Shown one piece after another: positions 53,684 through 64,000 of a DNA stretch of 64,000 nucleotides. Source of the DNA: Eledone cirrhosa (taxonomy: Eukaryota); contig OZ024741.1 in NCBI GenBank assembly GCA_964016885.1, positions 68,448,001-68,512,000 on the forward strand. The letters run 5' to 3'. Made by a program: the position numbers and the translations under genes. How positions within the stretch are numbered: the first letter of the stretch is position 1; each line of letters begins with the position of its first letter. The notes beneath the pieces were generated by a model. That model searched no databases, had not been told where the DNA came from, and was given only the letters and a program-made list of their open reading frames with translations.

Positions 53684-53839
53684 ATTTCTGGATGATTAAG
53701 ACTGCTCAAAATGTAATTGGATCGGTGATGTGTTGTCCCGGTTGTTTCAGCCTCTACAGAGCTACAGCCGTTCAAGAGGTTCTCCCAGAATACACGAAAC
53801 CAACGAAATCCCCTTTCGCAGTTTACGTGAAAGATACAG
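53684..53839 (+). CDS. Chs: Chitin synthase exon (catalytic domain)
   Basis: attatag|(D)FWMIKTAQNVIGSVMCCPGCFSLYR..VKDT G|gtatct; phase 1-1. Confidence 0.93.
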
Positions 53840-53912
53840 GTATCTCCACCACTACTTTTGTTTAATTGTTTGTCTGTCACTCTATCCCACCCATCTCTCT
53901 CCCACTCTCTCG

Positions 53913-53952
<40 letters not shown>

Positions 53953-54234
53953 GAAAACACAGGTAAGCATTAAGAGAAGGATTTTATCCAGGTATTTACC
54001 ACCGTTTCATATAAAGAATTAGTATATCTACCAACATATATATACAGATGCATACCTATGCTAGCAAATATATAGGTTTTGTCTTAGTAACTTTGTGGTT
54101 CAATGCAAGGGGATGCAGAACAATTATATGAAAGACGTAAAATAAGAAAATTATAAAAATTAACTTACTTACTAATTAATAAAAACAATGAAATAAAAAC
54201 AAAGAACAAGTTCCTTATATTTAAAAAAATCATC

Positions 54235-54360
54235 GTTTTACGATCGTTTCTGGGATGTATATGTGTGTTGGTATGTATATCATATAGATCTATGTAAAAA
54301 TATTACAAATTATCAGAGGAAATATACATACCTTCACATATACATGCCGTCCTCAGAAAT
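54235..54360 (-). ncRNA. Type I hammerhead with long helix II (paralog of 12303-12428 with compensatory changes)
   Basis: RC: AUUU CUGAGGA C GG C AUGUAUAUGUG...CACAUAUACAU C CC A GAAA CGAUCG UA AAAC. Confidence 0.78.
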
Positions 54361-54752
54361 GATATATATATTTATATATATCTTGGCCATCCGTCCATTA
54401 TATACAATATATATATATATTCAACTGACTTGTTTCACTATTTCTAATTGTTTCCTCATGGATCGGTTCTAAAATTCGCACCCTCTTTAAGTGTCAAGGA
54501 AGTTTCTATGTGTGTATAGGCCTCGTGAATACATAACGATATACGAGAGTCGGCTGGAAAGTTCACAGGCTGACCAAGATACTCTCATGGAATGACCAAA
54601 TGAGGTTTATTTTTCAACATAGTCCCTGGAAAGATATATATATATAGCGGCCGGTTCACGTGTGGGTCACTTTAACGGCCATAACTCATACGAGCTGGTA
54701 GTTGGCATTATATTTGCAGACCGTGGGACTTAAGTCCTATAGAATGGAAATA

Positions 54753-54831
54753 GCTATCTGATGAAATTTACTTTCCGTTGGAAATTCTCTGAATTTCTAA
54801 TCCTTTGTAAATGGAAACCGCCGGTGATAGC
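54753..54831 (+). ncRNA. Hammerhead fold with a non-cleavable (UG) site
   Basis: GCUAU CUGAUGA A AUUUAC..UUGGAAAUUC ucu GAAUUUCUAA..GUAAAU G GAAA CCGCCGG UG AUAGC. Confidence 0.65.
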
Positions 54832-54909
54832 ATTATGAACAGGTAGATATTTAAATCATTTTTTAATTCATTTAAAGGATTGTTTAATGTTTGTTTGTTC
54901 TGCTCATCA

Positions 54910-55003
<94 letters not shown>

Positions 55004-55070
55004 CTGTGTGTCTGGGTCTGTGTATGTGTGTGTGTGTATATATATGTGTGTATATATGTGTGTGTGTATA

Positions 55071-55101
<31 letters not shown>

Positions 55102-55122
55102 GAATATATATGTATATATATG

Positions 55123-55153
<31 letters not shown>

Positions 55154-55196
55154 TTATATATATATATATACACATATATATATATATATATATATG

Positions 55197-55231
<35 letters not shown>

Positions 55232-55401
55232 TACATACCCCCTCCACTTGGATTAACTTAAACGATACCTCGTTAACTTTACGCCAGGACGATTTTAACT
55301 TTCCATCCAACAAAACAAACACTAGTGTATCTACAGGGTACGTAGAAATCAAATCAATTGATCTTACATCCCTTTCTTATAAATATTTTATTGCATTGCA
55401 G

Positions 55402-55893
55402 GTGAAGATCGTTGGATGGCTACTCTGTTAATGGTCAACGGCTGGTATATGCGTTACTCATGCTTCGCCCGTAACAACACTTACTGCCCGGATACATTTG
55501 AAGAATTCTTGAAACAACGCCGGCGTTGGGTTTTATCAGATATAGCTAATGCTGTGCTGGTAGTTCGAAACTTAATCTCGCTCATCCGATATAATGCTTG
55601 TTTTAGCGCTTGCTACGTGATCTACATGCTTAATATGTTTTTAAATAATATTATCACACCAGGTACTGCCGTGGTAATGATTACAGCTGGACTTGATCTC
55701 GTTTTCGAGGTACCTTATCTATACACCACTGTTCCATTGGCGGTCATTGTACTGCTCTATTCAGTGTTCTGTACGCGGGCTAGTACGCGTGCGCAGACAT
55801 ATTTTACTTTGATCCTCACAGTCATATTGGGTGGTATTTTCTTCGCCGTTGTAGTTTGGGGCTCTGCAACCATCGTTAGAGGAATAATTATCG
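55402..55893 (+). CDS. Chs: Chitin synthase exon (GEDRW, QRRRW, TM helices)
   Basis: ttgcag|(G)[29 protein letters not shown]..; ends G|gtaag. Confidence 0.95.
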
Positions 55894-56732
55894 GTAAGTA
55901 AGCGTATATACACATATACATACATATCTATGTACACATACCTATACACGTTCAGACACATGGACATAGACAGACACATAAACACACGTAGGTATACATA
56001 TATATGCACATACATGCACATACATATACTAATGTATACATATATACATGTACACCCGCATATACATGTAAGTGTATCAATATGTCAACGTATTCTTCAC
56101 ACGCATACCTATACACGGAAAATTTAAATCCAGAGGATTCCTTAAATTTATGGTCAATACAGGGGCATGCTTTGAAACCTTAGGTTGCTTGCCAACTGTG
56201 TTGACTAAGATTAATAATTGTTTCTACTTTTGGCACAAGGCCAGCAATTACTCAGTACATTACTGGTACTTTATTTTATCGACCCCGTAAGGATGAAAGG
56301 CAAAGTTAACCTCGGCGGGATTTGAACTCAAAGATTAGATTAATAATAAAATGTATATGTATATATGTAGAAATATACATATATACAGTGGCGGACTGGC
56401 CATATTGCCGAGTGGCAAGTGGCCCTCAGGGGCCCACGGTAGCATCGAAAGAGCCTACAGTAACATTGCAGGGCCCACTGTAGTATTTTAGGGGCCAATG
56501 CTTTGTTTTCAAAAAGTACAGGAAATCTAAGAGAAAGAATAAAACTTTAAAAAAATAAATAAAACAATTAAGCAAAGCATTTGGTCAACGAATTCCCCAG
56601 GGAATTACTAGAAACCAAAATATACGATAGTGCAAATAACTGGAATCAGTGGTTGTACATTCTACTAAATCTAAAGCTTAGTGTATTCATTCATGCATGC
56701 AAACATACATATATAGACAGAGAAACAAAAGC

Positions 56733-56780
<48 letters not shown>

Positions 56781-56900
56781 TTATATACTTACACACGAAC
56801 TACTGAGCAAATAATATTTGGTATCAATGGGTTAAAGACATCTGTCAAATCAATTAGTGGTGAAGGTGGTGTGTGGATATATATAGAGAGATAGATAGAT

Positions 56901-56954
<54 letters not shown>

Positions 56955-57365
56955 GTTGAGTGAGTGTGAAGACCAAAGGTCATTATATAAAAAATATGTA
57001 TTTTGCGAAATCCAGAGACTTTTAATAATTGTTTCTACTTTTGGCACAAGGCCAGCAATTAGCCAGTGTATTACGGGCACTTTATAAAATAAAGTACCCG
57101 TAATACACTGGGTTATTGCTGGCCTTGTGCCAAAAGTAGAAACAGTTATTAAAAGTCTCTGGATTTCGCAAAATACATATTTTTTATGGGCGAAGGTAAG
57201 ATAATTTGCCGCAAAAATTTGATTGCACTGTTTTGTTTCCACTTATGTATTTTTTGAATGTTATTCATTATAAAAATTAAATGATAGCATTCTATATGTA
57301 GGTGGACCCCCCTCATCTGGCAACCAATATTTTTAGACATAGTCCGCCACACACACACACACACA

Positions 57366-57398
<33 letters not shown>

Positions 57399-57411
57399 TC
57401 TTTCTCCCCCC

Positions 57412-57460
<49 letters not shown>

Positions 57461-57463
<3 letters not shown>

Positions 57464-57649
57464 GGAAAAAGTATGACCCCGACGGCAGAGCTCAAGCCGT
57501 TTCGACGGCTATTTCTGGACCAGACGGTTATTCTTGGTCCAGAAATAGCCGTCGGGGTCATACATTTTCCTATTTCCCACTCTACTACCCTAAGTATTGA
57601 GTACTTTGGTGCGTTATGGTCTATCTGGTTCCTTACCACAATTCCTTTG

Positions 57650-57650
<1 letters not shown>
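57461..57650. mobile_element. Fold-back mini-insertion of the 30914 PLE terminus family
   Basis: Same arms as 3031-3221, with a small deletion between gccgtc repeats; (TA)n flanks. Confidence 0.82.
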
Positions 57651-57699
<49 letters not shown>

Positions 57700-58565
57700 G
57701 TGTACATATATAAGGCCAATCATTGTAAGTTTGAATCTAACTGACATGCAAAAACATAAACATAGGAATAAGGTAACCCAAAACATAGTAGATTCAAATA
57801 TCACAGAGAGAAAGAAAGAGAAAGAGAGAGGGGGAGGGGGAGAAATGAAGTCGAACAGAAATGAAACATGGATTACAGGTTAAAATGTAGTCTAGATAGA
57901 TGAGAAACACAACGAGGATGTAGTTTATGGAACACCCAAATGATTTAGAAGTCGACTTTAAGTAGGATTTTCGTAGTTATCTCTGTAGCCTAGCGGTAGG
58001 TACTAGAGTCGGTGGTGATCCTGACCTTGGGTTCAATCCTTGTCAAGAGTTTCGTGTAACAGTTTTCAGTTTTTATTTTACACCAAGAGAAAAAACTGAA
58101 AAGGTTTACCGAGAACCCAACTCCCGACCAGGATCGAACTTCTGACCAGGATCCCCACCGTATATAATTCCTCCAACTAGGCCACTGAGACAGCTACAAA
58201 AGTATTGTGAAAATTGATAACTATAAACCTACTTTCAAATGTCGTTCATGGCTTTTCTAGAGCTATTAGCCATATTTAAGGTCGACTTCTGGTCATTATT
58301 GAAAGTCTCTGGATTTCGCAAAATACATAATATTTTTTATTGGAGAAGGTAAGATATTTTTCCGCAAAAATTTGATTTCACTGTTTTGTTTCCACTTATG
58401 TATTTTTCGACAATGTTATTTATTCATTATAAAAATTAAATGATAGAATTCTATATGTAGGTGGGTCCTCTTCTGTATATGATTCAAATAATGAATCAAA
58501 ACATTTCAAATATCTTTAGAATTTTGTGTTTCTCAAGAAGCAAGCTCAATAGACATTATCTAGAG

Positions 58566-61082
58566 CAAAGGTTCTCAACGGGGGGCATATGCACCCCGGG
58601 GGTGTTTCGGAACTCCAGGGGGGAGTTTGGGAGCAAAGTCGCGTTAAGGGTGGGGGGATGGTGGGGTGAAGCTTGAGAGGGGGGGGGGCAAGGGGGGCAC
58701 TGGAAGGCTCTTTACTTTGGTAAGTTTTATAAGCCATATTTGTATGTCTTTGAGACAGCCAGTGTGAATGCATTTGAATGAGCTTGCAGGCAGCATAACT
58801 ATGGTCTGACCGCACCTGTGAGCAGGTGTGCAGGCGTGTCCGGTAATTGAGACATTAACCGGTAATTGTCAACTGGGTCAAGGACACTTTGAGCGCAGCC
58901 AGTTAGAATCTTATCTTTCTTTCACCGATAACAATGTATTTCATGACTGAAATTATTGACTCAAACGTAACGAGTTAACACTATGTAGATCTATTTTATT
59001 CCCTATTGTATAAATAATATTACAAATAATAAAAAGAAAAGAAAAAAACAGAAGCGGGTAGCACACACATGTAGGACCACATACAACACATAATCAGATA
59101 ATACAAACATCTAGGACCACATACAACACATAAGTAGGTAATCCGCACATCTAGGACCACATGCAACACATAAGGAGGTAGCACACACACATTTGGGACC
59201 ACATAAAACACACAAGCAGGTAATACAAACAGCTGGGACCACATGCAATACATAAGCAGGTAATACATACATCTAGGACTACATACAACACACAGGCAGG
59301 TAATACATACATCTAGGACCACATACAACACACCTTGTATCATGTGCTACGGACGACGCAAGAGCAATGGTCGGCTAACATAAGGGCTTCGTCACTCTTC
59401 TGAAGACAGAAAATCTATCTGCTTTGCTGTTCATTTTGCTGTTCATTGTGTCATTCATCGACAACACTTGGCTGCGAAGAAACTCAGCAAGCCGCTGAGC
59501 AAGTCCTTGCAGGTGGCCTTTGATGTCATCAATTTTATCAAACGGCATTCCCTTAATGAACGAATTATCCGGCAACTGTGCCAAGATAATGACGAAGAAT
59601 TCGTCATTGCTCCTCCATACTGAAGTGAGGTGGCTTTCAAAGCGCAAGTGCCTTACTCACTTCTTTGAACTCTATCATTGAGTTTCTGCGAGGACGCAAC
59701 ACAGAACTGTACAAGAAAACCCTCGATGTGAGGCAAGACTGCGCCTACCTCACCGACATCTTCGACAAATGCAATAGCGTCATTTTGGCTTTGCAGGGGA
59801 AGAAGATTACCTTGCTTAAAGCAAGGAATGCTGTGAAAACATTCCTGGCCAAATTGAATGTCATCGAAAGGAATCTTTGTTGACGGGAATTCTGTAATTT
59901 TCCTAGTGTCGCCAATGTTCAAAACATTGTAAGCGATGACCAACTCCAAATTTATACCACTCACCTCCGTACGCTACAAGACAACATGCGATAACGGTTT
60001 GTCGACCTTTTGCCGATGGGCATCCCTATGTGGATAGCAGATCCCTTCATAGCAAACGTCGACGATTTGGACGTTAAATTTCAGAAAGAATTCATTGAAC
60101 TTCAAGCAGATGACATGATCAAAATTAGATTTCCCAAAATAGGTGAACCCCTTTTTGGGATGCAAGAGGAAATTCAGCGTTGATTTCCACACTTACATGC
60201 AGAGGCTAAGAGATTTGCTCTGCCTTTTCCAAACTCATACATAGTCGAGAGGAGGTCTGGTGCTGTTTCCAGACTACACAGTAAGGCTCGCAACCGCTAC
60301 AATGTAATTACACGTGGAGATCTCTGGCTACATATTAGGAAAATTCAGCCTCACGTCAAAGAGTTAGCTAGACTCCATGAAGCTCAAGGGTCCCATTGAA
60401 ATGAGTCAAAGTTAAAGTAAGTTGATTTATCCGAAAACTTGGATATGCTATTGTTACAAAGCAAACTAACAATTTTTTTATTTGTAGTTGCAGCTTGACT
60501 GGACTGGAAAGCATCTACTACAATTCACTTACTACAATCTACTACAATATACTTACTTGTTGAATATATTTTACCATTTACTAATAAATATACCCACCCG
60601 TGTGGTCATGAAAACCCTCTTCCGTGGTCTCTAAGCTCACAAAGCAGAGGGGACATCAAGTTAGATATCAACATTTATTCTGTCCGTTTCATTAAAGGGA
60701 AAATTGGAAAGCTTTGAAATTATATAATTGCCACTTTCTTCCAGCTAAGAGCACTCTTGGGATAGACAGAGTTGCTCTTGTATAAATGTTCAAAATAGCT
60801 GGTATCGCCTGGCGGGAATATAAAAAATTCAACTGGTCCTTATTCATAAAAAAGAACATTTATGTTCCTTTTTTTAAAATTTATATATTTCCTTTCAAGG
60901 AATGTATTTATACTCTCAGCTGCCTGCAATGGTATCTTTGGAATATTGTTAATCAATTTTTTAGTAATCTACAGATATCAAAATCAGTAGTATATTGGAA
61001 AATGGAAAAATAGGGTAGGGCGCGTTTCGTGATTTCGAAGGACAAAAGGGGGCGGTTGGCCTAAATGGATTGAGAACCTGTG
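58566..61082 (+). mobile_element. Charlie/Buster-type hAT DNA transposon, internally deleted, with pseudogenised transposase (~59340-60400)
   Basis: TIRs caaaggttctcaa / ttgagaacctgtg; perfect 8-bp TSD ATCTAGAG at 58558-58565 and 61083-61090; CATD..AMVG, HCVIHRQHLAAK, LLHTEVRWLSK, YLTDIF. Confidence 0.93.
59054..59333. repeat. ~39-bp minisatellite (about 7 units) inside the hAT element
   Basis: Repeats of gcaggtaatacatacatctaggaccacatacaacacataa. Confidence 0.88.
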
Positions 61083-61263
61083 ATCTAGAGCAATGATAAC
61101 CAAATAAAGAGATAATATATACAGAGAGAGAAAGGGCCATATATGGCTCTTTCTCTCTCTGTATATACATATATCACTTTATTTAGTTACGCACACACAC
61201 ACACGTATATATATTATATATATATATATTTTTTTACAAACAATATATATATATATATATATT

Positions 61264-61830
61264 TTTACAAACAAACCGAGCATTATAATAAATGTTCGGA
61301 AAATCCATACGTACATATATATATGTGTGCATGTATGTATATATATATATACATACTACTGTACGTCTGTATACATATATGTATGTACGTATACATACTT
61401 ACATTTAAGTAACAGCCGTACTAAGAGTGAGAAATGGAATTTCGTTTCATTTTTTCCATTTATCGTTTTCGGTGCGCCCGGCCGATTAACTCACTCGATA
61501 TGCAAATTAGGCTGCTCAGCCCTTAATATGCATAAGGAAGGTATATACTTTCAGACGTTCAATAATCTGGCAGGAAGGTATACGATGCTGACGATAGCTA
61601 ATAAGCTTGAAACTAGTACATCGTTCCTTTGTCAGTGTTGTTTGTTTACAAACAAACCGAGCATTATAATAAATGTTCGGTAAACCCATACGTACATATA
61701 TATATATGTGTGCATGTATGTATATATATATACATACTACTGTATGTCTGTATACATATATGTATGTACGTATACATACTTATATTTAAGTAACAGCTGT
61801 ACTAAGAGTGATAAATGGAATTTCGTTTCA

Positions 61831-61835
<5 letters not shown>
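61264..61835 (+). mobile_element. Retrozyme-like partial tandem unit with intact hammerhead 61582-61624
   Basis: ACGAUG CUGACGA U AGCU aaua AGCU U GAAA CUAG UA CAUCGU; the unit restarts at ~61645. Confidence 0.82.
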
Positions 61836-61911
<76 letters not shown>

Positions 61912-62628
61912 GTTAAGACCCTCTTCCTGCTATATCAAGCGTTTACCTAATATATTCCTTCCATATACTGTACCGATTGTGTTGTTATTTCTGTTTACCT
62001 TTTACATACATATATATGTTGGCCATCGTTCCCACCATCAACTCCATCACAAGCAAAATATCCGGCAACTCACCACACCCTCTACGGAACTTACCCACGG
62101 ACATACACTCACAAACATTTTTTTTCGAACCACGCCACCTACATCTACAATACGTATAAACACCACACACACGTGCGTACCCCCACATATATACACACTC
62201 AACCTCCAGAATCCTCTCCCCTCTGCCCCACCCTCTGACCCCTCCCCATCCACACGCGCACACACACACCTACCTACACCCCACCCCACACACATACCCT
62301 TTCCTGAACATGGAACCTCGGTCTTCCACCAAATCTCACATTCGCATACACACACACACACACACGTACACCTACACACATACACCACCTTCAACCCTCC
62401 CCGCTCGGACACCCCGCCTCCCTCTCCCCACTCCACCCTCCACCACCCTACACGCCCCACACCCTTCCACTACTTGTTTATCTTCATGTTTATTTTTATT
62501 TTTATTTTGTTTATATTTATTTTTATTTGTACCCCTTTCACCGTTTTTCCTCTCCGCCCTTTTTTTCTAAATGTCTCTCCTCCACTCCCCTACACACCTT
62601 CGGAACTCTCTTCCCACGCACCTTTCGC

Positions 62629-62656
62629 CTGAAGAAGGGCTTATGCCCGAAACGTC
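62629..62656 (+). ncRNA. Minimal PLE-type hammerhead core with helix I disrupted, at the end of pLTR-like segment 61911-62727
   Basis: CUGAAGA A GGGC uuau GCCC GAAA CG UC followed by a C run, then aataaa. Confidence 0.6.
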
Positions 62657-62772
62657 CCCCCCCCCCAAACTAATAAACCTTTGTTCGTACTGCCTCTCTG
62701 TTTTGTTCCCGTTCCATTTTTCACTATGTATATATATATATATATATATATATACGTATATATGTATATATG

Positions 62773-62839
<67 letters not shown>

Positions 62840-62882
62840 ATATATATGTATATATATATATGTATATATATGTATATATATA

Positions 62883-62914
<32 letters not shown>

Positions 62915-63109
62915 AATTAATATGTATGTGATGAAACACAGATACCAACACATCTGTGTATATATTGCAAAAGAAAATTTTTTCTTTTGCAATATATATA
63001 CAGATGTGTTGGTATCTGTGTTTCATCACATACATATTAATTTATACACTGCTCAGGGGGTATTTTCCTCCTTCAAGCTAATTCCATTGTAAAAGAATTC
63101 ATTACCTTA

Positions 63110-63162
<53 letters not shown>

Positions 63163-63165
63163 GTT

Positions 63166-63221
<56 letters not shown>

Positions 63222-63252
63222 TAGTTATGTAATAAACAACATAAGATGATTA

Positions 63253-63316
63253 ATTCATTTACCAGTGGTTTCTTGAAGACAGATATTTATATCTGTCTTC
63301 AGTCGTCAGAAAGAAT
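63253..63316 (-). ncRNA. Type I hammerhead (left arm of fold-back 63222-63542)
   Basis: RC: AUUC UUU CUGACGA C UGAAGACAGAUA..UAUCUGUCUUCA A GAAA CCACUGG UA AAU GAAU. Confidence 0.8.
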
Positions 63317-63385
63317 AACATGGAATATTTATTAAATATGGATTTAAAGGTTTTTTAAATCCATATTTAATAAATATTCCATGTT

Positions 63386-63449
63386 ATTCTTTCTGACGAC
63401 TGAAGACAGATATAAATATCTCTCTTCAAGAAACCACTGGTAAATGAAT
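63386..63449 (+). ncRNA. Type I hammerhead (right arm)
   Basis: AUUC UUU CUGACGA C UGAAGACAGAUA..UAUCUCUCUUCA A GAAA CCACUGG UA AAU GAAU. Confidence 0.8.
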
Positions 63450-63539
63450 TAATTATCTTATGTTGTTTATTACATAACTAAAAAGCTCTGTAGCCTACAT
63501 AGAACACTCTCTTTTCCTTTACCTTTCCTACAGAAATAC

Positions 63540-63612
<73 letters not shown>

Positions 63613-63647
63613 AATATATAGACATATATATATATATATATAAATAT

Positions 63648-63696
<49 letters not shown>

Positions 63697-63710
63697 TCTA
63701 TTCATTTCAG

Positions 63711-63922
63711 ATATCATGGCGGAAAAGTTTCATTTCCAACAACATTACATTATAATGCTGATAACATTGAGTTTCATATACGCTGCTGCAATGCATCCCT
63801 CTGAAAGTTATATGGTGTTCTATGGTCTGGCATACGTCTTCATATTTCCCGCTATGCATATACTCCTACCAATATACAGCATTTCAAACATTGTAGACCA
63901 AAGCTGGGGCACCAGAGACTCG
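63711..63922 (+). CDS. Chs: Chitin synthase exon (TM helices, SWGTR motif); gene continues beyond the window
   Basis: atttcag|(D)[37 protein letters not shown]|gtaaaa; phase 1-0. Confidence 0.93.
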
Positions 63923-64000
63923 GTAAAAATAAACCACTTTATTACACAAGTATATTATTGTTGCCGTTGTTATTGATATAAGATGAAATGTATTCCAACC

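Noticed and set aside
59054-59333. Regularly spaced repeats suggesting a CRISPR array
   Set aside because: Head-to-tail degenerate units with no unique spacers, no cas genes, and a eukaryotic context.
61808-62632. 274-aa Pro/Thr/His-rich ORF
   Set aside because: Starts in microsatellite and runs through C/A-rich pLTR-like sequence with no domain signal.

Overview
This is a repeat-saturated, AT-rich eukaryotic genomic window; the SINE content and microsatellite load resemble an octopod cephalopod, which is an inference. The only host gene I can support is a + strand multi-exon chitin synthase. Eight exons were traced from 41064 to 63922 with consistent GT-AG phases and the KKRWSQ, TDAD, CCPGCFSLYR, GEDRW, QRRRW and SWGTR motifs. 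The rest is microsatellite and transposon material: a broken Tx1/L1 LINE in (TATC)n, a mariner remnant, a Charlie-type hAT with an 8-bp TSD, a MITE, Helentron-like elements, SINEs and several Penelope-like elements (PLEs), one with an ~1080-aa uninterrupted RT/GIY-YIG ORF. The standout hidden signal is about 20 hammerhead-ribozyme folds from about 12 unrelated small repeat families. Many have non-standard cores (U3-A8 swap, mismatch at the helix II base, helix II up to ~100 nt with compensatory changes). Many sit in head-to-head fold-back insertions inside (TA)n tracts. Two families are structured partial-tandem, retrozyme-like units, one with a type III topology. All folds were read by eye and none is shown to cleave.
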